Assembly: GCF_006345805.1 (NCBI RefSeq)
Contig: NC_043001.1
Location: 33,976,001-34,040,000 of the forward strand
Reading direction: 5' to 3'
DNA from: Octopus sinensis
Lineage: Eukaryota
DNA: 64,000 nucleotides
Shown: positions 1-12,989 of the stretch, piece by piece
Layout of the letters: every line of letters starts with the position of its first letter
Position numbering within the stretch: position 1 is the first letter of the stretch
Notes under the pieces: generated by a model
Databases searched by the model: none
Told to the model about the DNA's origin: nothing
Seen by the model: the letters and a program-made list of their open reading frames with translations, nothing else
Program-made: the position numbers and the translations under genes

Positions 1-645
1 CTAGGCCAGCAATTTCGTGGAAGGAGTAAGTCAACAACATCGACCCCAGTGTTCAGCTGGTATTTATTTTATTGATAAGGCGGCAAGTTGGCAGAAACGT
101 TAGCATGCCGGGCGAAATGCGTAGCGGTATTTCGTCTGTCATTACATTCTGAGTTCAAATTCCATTGAGGTCGACTTTGCCTTTCATCCTTTCGGGGTCA
201 ATACATTGAGTACCAGGTACACACTGGTGTCGATGTAATTGACTTAATCTGCTTGTCTGCCCTTGTTTGTCCTCTCTGTGTTTAGCCCCTTGTGGGTAGT
301 AAAGAAATAGGTATTTTGTCTGTTGTTACATTCTGAGTTCAAATTCCGCCAAGGTTGACTTTGCCTTTCATCCTTTTGGGGTCGATAAATTAAGTACCAG
401 GTATGCACTGGGGTCGATGTAATTGACTTAATCTGTTTGTCTGTCCTTGTTTGTCCCTTCTGTGTTTTTAGCCCCTTGTGGGTAGTAAAGAAATAGGTAC
501 TTATTTTATTGACCTCAAAAGAGTGAGGGAATTCGAACTCCTAACTTAAAGATGGTGGAATTTGAACTCAGAACTTAAAGTCAGATGAAATGCCACTAAG
601 CGTTTTCCCCAGCATGCTAACGATTCTGCCAGCTCATCACCTTAA
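1..645. mobile_element. Cluster of SINE family D copies (GGCACAAGGCCAGCAATTT / GAATTTGAACTCAGAAC). Others at 11714-11910, 33826-34045, 40455-40735, 50527-50655, 51500-51790, 52975-53140, 55855-56050, 61521-61660
   Basis: Repeated ttctgagttcaaatt...gtcgactttgcctttcatcc core. Confidence 0.75.
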
Positions 646-1272
646 AATCTAAACTGATATTGTCACTATGTTTCCTTTGTTAAATATTTTCCTTTATATG
701 TCAGGAAAATGTAAAAAAAAAAAAAATTTTTTTTAAATTAAATTAAAAGTAACATAAAGTATAAAGTTGTGAAGTTTGTGGAGAAATTTAGAAAAAGTAA
801 TTGATTGCAATCCCAACATTATTATTGCTATCATTGTTCTTCTTTGTCAGCTTAAAATCCTTTTGTTATGTTGCTGAAATGGATTCTATTTATTCAACAC
901 ATTGTACAGTAGAGTCAATTACTTGACTGTTTGACATAAGAAGTATCCATCAAAGGGTGATAATTCCTTTAAAGGAGAAGAATGAGCACAGCTGTTTGGA
1001 TGCTAGCAATTTGGCATGGCTGAGTGAACACTGCACCTGTTTCAGCGTCAGTATTTTTTGGTGCTGAAGTGTGCATGTGCACACACATGTGCATGCACAC
1101 ACATACATATGCGCGTGCACACACACACACAGTGGCATGCGCACGGGAGTGTATGCATACAAAGAGAGAGACAGAGAGAGAGAGAGAGATAAAGAGAGAG
1201 ATTCATGATGATAATAATGATACTACTACTACTACTACTACTACTAATAATAATAATAATAATAATAATAAT

Positions 1273-1903
1273 ATAGCCCTGATGCAGTACATAGCCCTGA
1301 TGCAGTAATAGCCCTGATGCAGTTTATAGCCCTGATGCAGTAATAGCCCTGATGCAGTACCAGGCAGAGGCTCTCATGGCTTCTGATCTTAACTGATTGG
1401 AAGTGGTATCATGTACATTGTTCTGTCTTGGTATAAAAGATGGGCTACAGCAAATATTCTGCTCAATACCACAGATTTGCTTGTCAGTTGTTTGACCTTA
1501 ACCAGTTGAGCATGTCCCTTAGTGGCTGACAATACGTGCATCTCTGATCACGAGCAGAAGTAGTGGGGGAGCATCATGGCCATGTGTTGAGAGGGATTCT
1601 TTGGAGGTTTGAATAATTCACCTCTGGAAACATAGGTGTTTCGTTCAACATCCTAAAGCAACCCTTATTCATTCAGGACCTTTGAGCGGGATGGGCTACT
1701 CAACCTGAAGAAAATTCTAACTGGGCCCCACCTGCAAGGTCATGTGCTGTTTATCTTGATATGAGATCACCATGTCGCGCACATATGGTTGTGATGCATG
1801 TGCCTGGTGTACCTTTATCAGACGGGTAGTCATGATGGGTATATTGGGCTTCGTATATTTTACCCCAGTGTCACTTTGATGGCATGAACTGCTCTCTCAC
1901 TCA
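1273..1903. mobile_element. Interspersed repeat family C; reverse-oriented copies at 51890-52420 and 52440-52912
   Basis: About 600 bp of shared sequence bounded by (TAA)n tracts. Confidence 0.75.
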
Positions 1904-1913
1904 ATAATAATAA

Positions 1914-1944
<31 letters not shown>

Positions 1945-1975
1945 AATATAACAATAATAATAATAATAATATAAC

Positions 1976-2014
<39 letters not shown>

Positions 2015-2030
2015 TATAATAATAATAATA

Positions 2031-2262
2031 ATATTTGGTGCATTGGCAACTGTAAGCAAAGATATAGAAATTTGGTTGAAGGAGTTTGGAATAGAATGTC
2101 CTGTAGATCTTCTGTGGATAGTTTGCCTCTTAGGGACAGGAAGATTACCAGTGGGGTTCTTAGCACTTGAAAGACTATTGAAAGCTATTGGTTACCTAAG
2201 ATTACAGGTAGTAACCTGCTACCCATATAAATCCTTCCAGGAATAAGACAGAACCTGAGTCA
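2031..2262 (+). mobile_element. R4/Dong-like non-LTR retrotransposon 3' fragment at a (TAA)n tract
   Basis: GALATVSKDIEIWLKEFGIECPVDLLWIVCLLGT resembles the R4/Dong REL C-terminus; preceded by a long (AAT)n tract and followed by aataataat. Confidence 0.6.
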
Positions 2263-2400
2263 AATCAATAATAATATTCATATAATAAACAGTTTCCCCT
2301 TCTCACATATGAAAAGAGAAGTGAGCTCACACACATAAACGAAGAGAGAGAAAGAAAGAAAGAAAGATAGATAGATAAATGGATAGATAGATAGATAAAT

Positions 2401-3401
2401 GGGATGCCGCTTGGCTGACCGGTTCGCGGAACACCTTCGTGACATCCACCTTGCGAACGACACACCGGTCTCTCGCCATTTCCACTCCACCGGTCACTCC
2501 TTGCAACACCTATCTGTGTTCGGTTTGTCCTTACACAGAGGCCATCCGGATTCCCGTTTGCGCCGTGAACAGGAATTAATCTTCTCTCTTCGCTCTTATA
2601 CGCCATTTGGTCTCAACTCTCCCCCCCTCCTCACCTACCTCCCCCCGACCCCTACTTCTTCAGTCCTTCATCCTTTCACCCCTACTCCCCTTCCCTGCTT
2701 CCTCTTTCTCCCTCCCTCCTTCCCTCTTCCCCTTCCCTCTGCTCCCTCACTTCCCCTTCTCTCTCCCCCTCTCCCTCTTTCCTCCTCCCCCTCCCCCTCC
2801 TTCTCCCCTCCTCTCCCCCTCTTCTCCCCCCTCCCCCTCTTCTCCTCTCTCCACACTACACCACACGACTTTACACATCACATCATATATCATGTGCCAT
2901 ACTAATACATACCCAACCCTATACATACACACGTCCAGACCTCTCATACGCACTAATACTCTCTCATACACACACACACACACACACCCTTATACATACT
3001 AATACATACTAATACATACACCAACCCTATACATACACACGTCCAGACCTCTCATACGCACTAATGCTCTCTCATACACACACACACACACACACACCCT
3101 TATGTTGGTGCTGGTCACTCAACCCTATTATCTCCCCTAATTTCGCTCTCGCGTCTCATGTTTGATCTTTGACTTCTGGCTGAAATCAGATCGCCATGTT
3201 GGTTCGTTAGTTACTGCACGCATTTTTTTTCTCTCCTTCTTTCTGTGTTTTTTTCTCTCTGTGTATCTTTCTGTTGAAGAGCGTAGGCTCGAAACGTTAA
3301 AGACTTGTTTTATTTATATTTCCTGAGCACCATACTAATACAATTGTTTGTTTGTTTTCCACCTGCCTTCGTCTTTTGTCTATTTTCATAAAGCTTCCCG
3401 T
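2401..3401 (+). mobile_element. Penelope-like element 3' fragment (GIY-YIG endonuclease C-terminus plus pseudo-LTR), inserted in a (GATA)n tract
   Basis: ORF 2399+ reads RLADRFAEHLRDI...PVSRHF...GH...RREQELIFSLRSYTPFGLN, typical of the Penelope GIY-YIG end; hammerhead motif in the tail; GATA repeats on both sides. Confidence 0.85.
3266..3303 (+). ncRNA. Minimal type I hammerhead ribozyme motif (Penelope pLTR), A6U core variant
   Basis: Stem I UCUUU/AAAGA, core CUGUUGA+A, stem II GAGC-GUAG-GCUC, GAAA, palindromic stem III ACGU, GUU cleavage triplet at 3296-3298. Confidence 0.7.
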
Positions 3402-3720
<319 letters not shown>

Positions 3721-3986
3721 AAAATGAGAGAAACACTAAATCATTTGATGTCAAACAAGTCAGTATTGAATCAGTAACACCGAAACAGCTGTGCCAAAAT
3801 GTCTCTTACCCATAAGTCCTTTCAACTTCAGGTGGTAGATAAACAGTGCATAGCATTTATACTTTTTTCCCAAGGACATCAATGTTCTACATAAGTGGAA
3901 TAGCTTGATTATACATTTAACCTCGTTTTCTTATCCAGTTTAAACCTGCTAGAATGATTTATATGATAAGTTCATGTTTAATGTCT

Positions 3987-4794
3987 TTAACTCTTTAGCA
4001 TTTAAAAACCAGCCACATCAGGTCAAAATATTCTACCTGTTGTATGTTGAAACCAGCTAGACCTTACTTACTTGTACTTGTGGTGACATTCACCCTGGGC
4101 GGGTTGAGTCGGCTTCTTCTACCACCCTCGAGGCATCTCGAACCATGGCAGTGGAAGAAGTTTCGTGGGAATATGAATTTCACAAGCAGTCCCCAACAAT
4201 CCCACATGTAGAGACATCCTGTTTGCCGCAGATTGTCCACAGACGCAAGGACAGAACAACCGAGAAGCCACAGGTTGCCAAAACAGACACTCCAAGGATT
4301 TTCACCAGCTGTAAGACTAAACACTCACATCTGTCGGGTTGTGGCCCTAATACCACTCGGTGTCAGACAAATCCACCTTGGGTGGCCCTACCAGGAACCG
4401 AAGTTCCCGACGGTATAGCTCTGACACTACCCGTTGCCAGCATCCCCACCATGGTGAGGAGGGGATGGGCTTTGGGGACGCAACGCCTCTCGACCAAATG
4501 GGGCCCCAGGACAATGGGATCCCAGGACCGCAATGTGTGTTTGAGATGTCGATGTTCACTGAGTCCTGCAATTCGCATCAGTTCACGCAGATAGCCATGC
4601 TCTTCATCGACGGACGAGCCGAGTGATCCCCTATCAAGATCTGGCCTCTCACACCTACTCTACAATGTCCCTGTAAGACTAAACACTCACATCACTGAAA
4701 TCTAAAAGCTACAAGATAATACATTCTTAATTAAAAACAATGTGGATAAATGGGCATTACATTTGACAGAATACTATGTAAGCTAAAGGGTTAA
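3987..4794. mobile_element. piggyBac-type MITE (TTAA..TTAA) carrying a ~580-bp foreign insert (4062..4640); family copies also near 38.1-38.5, 43.1 and 57.7-58.1 kb
   Basis: TTAACTCTTTAGC ... GCTAAAGGGTTAA termini. Confidence 0.6.
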
Positions 4795-5045
4795 AACATG
4801 TGTTGAAGAGAAAATGTTACTAGTTAATATGTTTGATAGGATTTCTTTTGATTTTTTCAACATATTTTTCTTAAACATAGGTGCAGGTGTGACTGTATGA
4901 TAAGAAGCTTGCTTCCCAACCATAGGGTTCCAGGTTCAGTCACACTGCATAGTAACTTAGGCAAGTATCTTCTACTATAGCCAACCAAAGCCTTGTGAGT
5001 GGATTTGGTATTTGGTAGACGGAAACTGAAAGAAGCCTGTCGTAC

Positions 5046-5134
<89 letters not shown>

Positions 5135-5147
5135 ATGTGTATATATA

Positions 5148-5187
<40 letters not shown>

Positions 5188-6164
5188 GTATGTATGTATA
5201 TGTTTGTGTGTCTGTGTTTTCCCCCCACCATCACTTAACAACCGATGTTGGTGTGTTTACATACCTGTAACTTAGCATTTTGGCAAAAGGGACCAATAGA
5301 ATAAGTACTAGGCTTACAAAGAATAAGTCCTGGGGTTGAATTATTCCACTAAAGATGGTGCTCCAGCATGGCTGCAATCAAATGATTGAAACAAGTAAAA
5401 GAATAAAAGAATAATAATTAGGCATAGGCATGGCAGTGTAGTTAAGAAGTTTGCCTCTGAGCCGCATGGTTTCTGGTTCAGTCCTACTGCATGGTACCTT
5501 GAGCAAAGGTCTTCAATTATAACATTAGGTTGGCCAAAATCTGTGAGTGGATTTGATTGAGGGGAAACTGAAAGAAATCCATTATATATAAAGATACATG
5601 TTTGTATGCACGTGTGTGTGTGAGTGTGTTGTGTCTCCCTGTCTTGATATCATATAATAATTGTAAGTAAATGTCACCATAATACATGTAATATTGTTAA
5701 TTTCCAATCAGTTGTGAAAACATGTCTGGTTGTCATATTACCTTGCCTGGAAGGAAAGGCATCCAGCTGTAAAAAATCTTCCACAATAATTAGATTTGAT
5801 CCTGCATTTTGCCACATACAAATCTCAAATCACAATTCAATTATACTACGCAATTGAGATTTTTAACAAAAAACAGCTGTTATTCATATGAAAGTTCAAT
5901 GGCCTGATTAGAATTTTCTGTGAATTCAGCCTATAAATCCAGAAATACATTCAATAAAGCCACCAATTTTTCAGAGCATTGCAGACATCAGAGCCACTAA
6001 GATGTTCTCTGTTCTTGCCAAATTTAGAGTGCCTTGGGTTACGTTTAAATTACACTCTCCAAATAGCTGTTAATATGGCTGCATATTTAATCGGGATAAT
6101 TGAAGAGGACATAACATGGCACCTAAATATTTACTTGATGTGTAAAAACCAGCCGAAGTATTAA

Positions 6165-6650
6165 ATTTTGAACAGACATTTTCTTCGCAGCAGGAAAATA
6201 ACATCACTAGGTGGGACAGGCTGACACTGAAGTAGCTTCGCTGATTGACAGATGACGGTCTCATTTAGAGAATGCGTGGGCTAAGACTACGCGCCCTCCA
6301 TTGGTCAGTTAAAGTTGAGACAGTGTCATGTGACAACTTGTTGCAGCTGCCTGCTGGAGCCTAACAGCAGGTATTTAAAGGGAAATTTGATAAGACAATC
6401 AATCGCCCACTGACACTCATTGACGCTACATCAAAGAAGCCAGGGAACAGAAGAAAGAAGGAGAAAGAAGACATGCACTCAACACCAGAGCTGAAGACAC
6501 CTCCGAAAGGGTGGGGCCTGCCATGTCAAAACGGTAGAGGAATAGGGGCCAAAACCGGACGTGGTTCCTCCTGATGATATCTTGAACTAATTGGATCCTA
6601 TAAAGGAGCTGTTGTGGTAGCAGACCATGAAACATGCTTGAAATTCTTGC
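6165..6650 (+). mobile_element. Structured Penelope/pLTR-like repeat, long copy (second copy at 20182..20409)
   Basis: About 200 bp shared with 20.2-20.4 kb; CCAAT-like and TATTTAAA motifs; CTGATGA...GAAA near the 3' end. Confidence 0.5.
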
Positions 6651-7947
6651 TGTTTCATCTTACCATTTCCCTTAACTGTATTGCTTGAGCACTTTTCCTA
6701 TTAATGTAACAAATACTGGCAACTGCCACTCAATGAGTGTTCGAGTTGACTCAATTAATGGAACTACCTGCTCATGAAATTAACATGCAAGTGGCTGAAT
6801 GCTCCACATACATGCATACCCTTAATGTAGGTCTTAGGGAGATTGAACATGACACAGAATGTGACTAGACTGGCCCATTGAAATACAGGTACTACTCATT
6901 TTTGCCAGCTGAGTGGACTGGAGCAATGTGAGATAAAGTGTCTTGCTCAAGGACACATTGCACTGGCAGTAATTGAACTCATGGTCTTATGATCATGGAC
7001 CGAATACCTATAACTACTGAGCCATGTGCCTTCACTAATGTACAGGATAATGTTCAAACATTCGAGAAAACCTTTGTCCCACATGCAAATATGGAAAAAT
7101 GGATGTGAAAATGATGACAATGGTGATGGTGATGATGACAACAATGACATTGATGATAATGCTGATGCTGTCTTCTTCTTCTTCTTCTTCTCCCAATCAG
7201 GACTCACGCCACTAAGCTACTAAGAATGCGTGTGGCAACTTAAAGATCCACCCACCACATGCGATAGACTGGCAGTTGCATGGGTGTGAAAGCTACGTTG
7301 TTATCGTCATTCCATAAAAGGTAGCTTTTAACAGGTGGAGAGCTGAACCATCCTGGGGTACAGAGGATTCACAATCTAGACTAGGGTCTGAAAGTTTACC
7401 ACACCATAGTGGGTTACACCATGGTTCCTCTGCTTTGTGGCAGAAGTAGGAAGAAAGAGTGAGAGAAAGTTGTGGTGAAAGAATACAGCGGGGTTAAAGC
7501 CCCCCCCCCCCCACCGGAGCCTCGTGGAGCTTAGGTGTTTTTGCTCAATAAACACTCACAATGCTCGGTCTGGGAATCGAAACCTCGTTCCTACAACCGT
7601 GAGTCTGCTGCCCTAACCACTGGGCCATTGTGCCTCCACTGCTGCTGCTATTACTGAATGAGGATTATGATAATGATGACAATGATGATGATCAATTCTC
7701 CTCAGTTCAATGCTGTCCATCTCATAATCTGCAACTGAAAGAGCATTTATACAGTTGCTACAGAATTTGAATACATTGGAACTGTGTAATATTTGTCATT
7801 GGTCCTGGCTTGATATGATAACTACCAGTTAAATCTTGAATTCAAGTCCTTCCAAGACCAACTTCATTAAATACTACTAACAGCCTGTCACACAGCAGGT
7901 TTAATTCAATGGATTTTACTCTTTCCATTTTTCCAGCAAATATGAGA

Positions 7948-8285
7948 TTTGAGCGTGATTGTTACCTGTGTCACCTTACTGGCACTTGTGCTGGTGGCAC
8001 GCGAAAAAACATTCAAGCAAGGTCATTGCTGGTTCCTGTGCAGGTGGCACATAAAAAGCATCATTTGTGCGTGGCCATTGCCAGTGCCGCCTGACTGGCC
8101 TTCGTGCCGGCGACATGTAAAAGCACCCACTACACTATTGGAGTGATTGAAATTAGGAAGGGCATCCAGCCATAGAAACTCTGCCAGATCAAGATTGGAG
8201 CATGGTGCAGTCATCTGGTTCACCAGTCCTCAGTCAAATCGTCCAACCCATGCTAGCATGGAAAGCGGATGTTAAATGATGATAA
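7948..8285 (+). mobile_element. RTE-tail SINE family E with (TGA)n tail. Others at 10040-10385, 12235-12510, 17675-17850, 27036-27275, 31507-31877, 41075-41270, 44585-44940, 57960-58085, 59990-60210
   Basis: ggaagggcatccagctgtagaaac...catgctagcatggaaagcggacgttaaa(tga)n. Confidence 0.8.
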
Positions 8286-9441
8286 TGGAACTGTACAATA
8301 TTTGTCATTGGTCCTGGCTTGATATGATAACTACCAGTTAAATCTTGAATTCAAGTCCTTCCAAGACCAACTTCATTAAATACTACTAACAGCCTGTCAC
8401 ACAGCAGGTTTAATTCATTTGATTTTATTCTTTCCATTTTTCCAGCAAATATGAGAAACAATACTGAATATTCCTATACTTGTTGGAAAAATCTAAATAA
8501 TATCACTCCTTGACTATTATTATTTTTTTTTCCTTGCTTTATAATTAGTTAGCTTTTTTAAATGCTTCATGCAATAATTATGTTAGCATTAACTTAATTA
8601 TGTTTTTCTTTTTTTAAACGGAGTGTCTGAATTATTTCATTTCTAAACAACTCTATTTCTACACCAATAAATGAACAATATTATACGCTAGCTGAATTAC
8701 CCAGTAATACTCAAAAAAGCAAGGGTTATTTCCAGTTCCCGTTCCCATTACATTGTTTTATGTCCTATCCTGTTCCCTGTCCAGTTCCCATTTTAGATCC
8801 ACTCCCATTCCTATCCCCAATATGATGTCCTTATATAAATTTTAGAATCAGTTAGGTGTAATAAGCCAATGAATATTTTATTAACCTTTGGTAATAGTTT
8901 ATTGGTAAAAATAGGTATTACAAACTATTAATACGATTAATGGGGAATATCCCTATATTATCTTAACAAACGAATATGCATCTGAGTAAAATAAATGAAT
9001 TGACTGGTAATACTAGGAAAGCAGGAGTTATTCCCAGTTCCCATTTACCATTACATTGTTCCATGTCCTATACCATTTCTTGTTCAGTTCCCATCTTTAT
9101 GCTCAATGCATCGTTTATGGTAATAATTTATTGCTAAACATTGGTATTACAGATTATTAATTTGATTAGTGAGTGAATAAGGAATGTCCCTATATTATTT
9201 TAACAAACGAACATGCATCTGAGTAAAATAAAATACATAAATAGATAGATTTACAAATGTATTGACAAATAGATTTACAAATAAATTTACATATGTATTT
9301 ACAAATAGATAATTGTATACAAAATATGAAACAAAATTTGTATACAGTAGGAAAATCAAAATCCAGATTACTTAAATTCTTTACCTACTCAAGTCGATTA
9401 AGCTAAGTAAAAAAATTAATCTTTGCATGAGCATGACATAC

Positions 9442-9687
9442 CTGTGAATGCCTTTGCTGCATTTGTCATTTGCGTGCAGTTTTAGAGCTAAGCTTTGCTT
9501 GCTCTTGTGGTGGCATCGTGTTCTTGTACTTCAAACTTATTATTTTCCTTTTGGAAAGCTGTGTTGTTCTCACAAAGGTCATACACAGTTTACAGGAAGG
9601 AGTGCATGGCTGAGCCTTACAGAAGCTTTACTTAATTCATATCAGTACATGTGCTGTTGATTTGTAAACATGTGCTACACCCCATCC
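9442..9687 (-). pseudogene. CATSPERB-like C-terminal exon, frameshifted (AHVYKSTAHVLI*IK*S / GSAMHSFL*TV..LCENNTAFQ / MPPQEQAKLSSKTA)
   Basis: CTTCTAG acceptor, GTATGT donor; all three frames closed, but pieces match AAVYNPSGLNLSIKGSELFHFRVTV...FCNLIEEFQ...LPFPGHTLIAVATA. Confidence 0.55.
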
Positions 9688-11453
9688 CTAGAAGGCTCAT
9701 TATAAATTTTTATTGAAATACAATTGGCTTATAAATCAACTGGATGTTAGTTTAACCTGTATGCAAAGTTTCATCAAGATTAGTTCACTAGTGTAGGCAG
9801 CAAGATGGTAACAGACAGACAGAAAGAAATTGCCATTTACGTATTAGAGTTATTAAGTGATTTTTCAATCATTACTTTAGCAAGTACATTAAAAACTATG
9901 CCTTGCTGAAGAAATAAGAAAATGACTGAAAAATTTTACAGTTGTCTCCTGTACTGGCTGAAGATATTGTTTTTTTCTTTACCATATCTATAGCTCTGTT
10001 CATTATGCTAACACTTAGCTATAATTTTTGACATAGATATCAAATGGAAATTGTAGTTGTGATACCTGTGCCAGTGGCACGTAAAAAGCACTAGCTGAAC
10101 GTGGCCGATGCCAGCACTGCCTTGACTGGCTTCTGTACCGGTGGCATGTAAAAAGCACCAACCGATTATGGGTGCTGCCAGCCTCCCCTGGCACCTGTGT
10201 CGGTGGCACGTAAAAAGCACCCACTACACTCATGGAGTGGTTGGCGTTAGGAAGGGCATCCAGCTGTAGAAACACTGCCAGATCAGACTGGAGCCTGGTG
10301 CAGCCTCCTGGCTTCCTAGACCTCGGTCGAACCGTCCAACCCGTGGTAGCATGGAAAACGGACGTTAAAACGATGATGATGATGAGTTTGAATCATTTAA
10401 ATTCTAAAAAATGAAAACTTTCTTCTCACAAAAAGCTCTCTTACATATATTTTCAATTGTAAATATGTTTCTTACATTGATTATCTCCCCTCACCATCAA
10501 TTTCACCCTAAAATGGTTCAATACAAAAATCATTTTTGCAATATTTTTCACTCTTCTTAAAATTTATAGGTGTATGGATCTTTTAAATTTGCTAGTTTTA
10601 TGCAGCTAATTCTGATTTAACCTTTTTGTATTATGCATTAAACTGTAGGTAATTGAATATATTTTCATAAAATATACATATAAAATGTATTTATTAGGGA
10701 TATTGCATATCTATAGCAAGTGATGCATGTTGAAAATTTTTTGCTAATGCATGCAAATAGCATATTCTTATATTTCTGTTAAGAAAAGAAATCTTTGAAA
10801 TTCTTATCATCTTTATGAAGAGAGAAAAAAATGGAAACCCTTTATTTCAGTCACAAGAAGTCAATCTGGTGACAAAATGAGTTGTTCCTTTGTGTAGCTT
10901 CTTTATATGGGATAATGTGTTATAAAAATCTACACTACAGAGTACAGCTTCTAATAATTGCCTGAATGGCTTATTAGGACACAATTGAACCAAATGGCTT
11001 AAAAGTTGAAGGAGAGAATAGAAAGGAAATTATGATGTCCATCTCTTTTACTGAGTAGTGCTCTCTCTCTAACCGCTCAATCAAAGTTGACTCTCAGTCA
11101 CTTGTTGGATCAGTGTCCTCCAGTAAGTTCTATCCTGAGCCGCTTCTTTCAGATTGACTATGTCCATTCCGGTATCACTCTTGATGGTGTCAAGCCAGTG
11201 GGTTCTTGGTCAGCTTCTTCCTCTCTTGCCACTGACCATTCCGAGCATGATGTCCTTCTCCAGGGATTTTCTCTGCATAATATGACCGAAATATGCCAAT
11301 CTATGCTTGGTGATCCTAGCTTCTAGCGACATTTTCGGCCTCATCTGCTTAAGAACTTCTCCATTGGTGAGCCTTGCTGGAAAAATTCCTTAAGACAAAA
11401 ATTAAAACCTGAATTGCACACTCAATAAGCAAGAAAGGAAGAAAAAATCAAAC

Positions 11454-11521
11454 CTTATCTCTGCTTGAATCCAGAACAGTAAAGAACTGATCTTTCAAAA
11501 GATCTTCAATTTAACATTCTC
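11454..11521 (-). pseudogene. Possible CATSPERB-like exon (EC*IEDLLKDQFFTVLDSSRDK)
   Basis: TTTTAG acceptor, GTTTGA donor; weak resemblance to EDGRVPLQSPYLVTVTEVNMR; colinear position. Confidence 0.35.
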
Positions 11522-12171
11522 CTAAAATAGCTATGTCTATTCTGCCTTAGAATATGCTAAATTTAGGGTTAGAATTTAATTTTATCCTTAAAGTCATACT
11601 AAAGGTGACTTCACTTTATCATCATACCAGGGCTGATAAAATAACTACCACTAAAATTGTGAATCCAAGCCCTTCCAAGGTCAACTTTATTAAATATTGA
11701 TTTCAAATTTTTGGCACAAGGCCAGCAATTTCAGGGGAGTGGGTAAGTCAGTTACATAGAGCCCAGTCCTTATTATAAACTTATTATATTGACCCCAAAA
11801 AGATGAAAGACAAAGTCGATCTCAACGGAATATAAACTCAGAATACAAAGATAGTTGATATGCCATTAAGCATTGCACCGAACATGCTAATGATACTGCC
11901 AGCTTGCCAACTTCAACTTTATTAAATATTACTAACATCCAGTCACATGCTGGGCTTGATTCAATCAACTATATTTCTCGTATAAAAAGAGTAGGTGACA
12001 TCAGTGCCTTGTCAAAACAGATCATTATATGAGCTATTTAAGTTGTGACAAGTTGGCAGAGCATAATCAGTAGTAGCTCATAAACTTTACTTTATACCTT
12101 GCATTGAAACAGTTCTGTAATAAATTAGTGTGGCCTGAACAGTAACAGTAACAGAAGAGATTTTTGCATGG

Positions 12172-12203
<32 letters not shown>

Positions 12204-12512
12204 CCATCACCATCACCATCATCATCATCATCATCATCGTTTAACGTCCGCTTTCCATGCTAGCATGGGTTGGATGATTTGACTGAGAACTGGTGAACCG
12301 GATGGCTGCACCAGACTCCAATCTGATCTGGCAGAGTTTCTACAGCTGGATGCCCTTCCTAACGCCAACCACTCCGAGAATGTAGTGGGTACTTTTATGT
12401 GCCACCGGCACGAGGGCCAGTCAGAGGGTACTAGCAATGGCCACGCTCAAATGGTGCATTTTATGTGGCACTTGCACAGGAGCCAGTCCAGTGGCACTAG
12501 CAACAACCTCAC

Positions 12513-12625
12513 GCAAAAGCTAATAGAAGAACACAAACTTCTTCAATTGATTGCATTTTGAGTTCAAAATGATGCATTTGATTGAGCAAGATTTCAGAAA
12601 ACCAAATATACTCCTAGCTATTCGT
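12513..12625 (-). pseudogene. CATSPERB-like exon (RIARSIFGFLKSCSIKCIILNSKCNQLKKFVFFY*)
   Basis: TTTTATAATTCAG acceptor; IARSIF...KC...CN...KF resembles IPRNMF...KQC...CNCTKDQKF; colinear position. Confidence 0.4.
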
Positions 12626-12810
12626 CTGAATTATAAAATTCAAGCTACTGAGCTTTGTTGTTATCAGAGGAATAAGCAAATGACACACATTTCACAGGAA
12701 AATGAGGATCTTGTTAAACTTTTAGGTATGCTCCACATTCTATGTAAGCAAGGCATTAAAGCAGTGATGATGGTAATAACAAAAGAAGGTGGTGATGACT
12801 TTGGCAAGGG

Positions 12811-12889
12811 CTATGATGATAATGACATCAAAGCAGATGATGATGATGATGACAATGATGATGATGATGATGGCAATGATGATGATGAT

Positions 12890-12920
<31 letters not shown>

Positions 12921-12954
12921 ATGATGATGACAATGATGATGATGACAATGATGG

Positions 12955-12989
<35 letters not shown>

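Noticed and set aside
4145-4594. 149-aa plus-strand ORF
   Set aside because: Lies in a composite TE insert, crosses a templated junction and has no recognisable domain.
8695-9235. Diverged ~300-bp tandem pair
   Set aside because: Low identity, AT-rich and no coding or structural signal; probably an old repeat.
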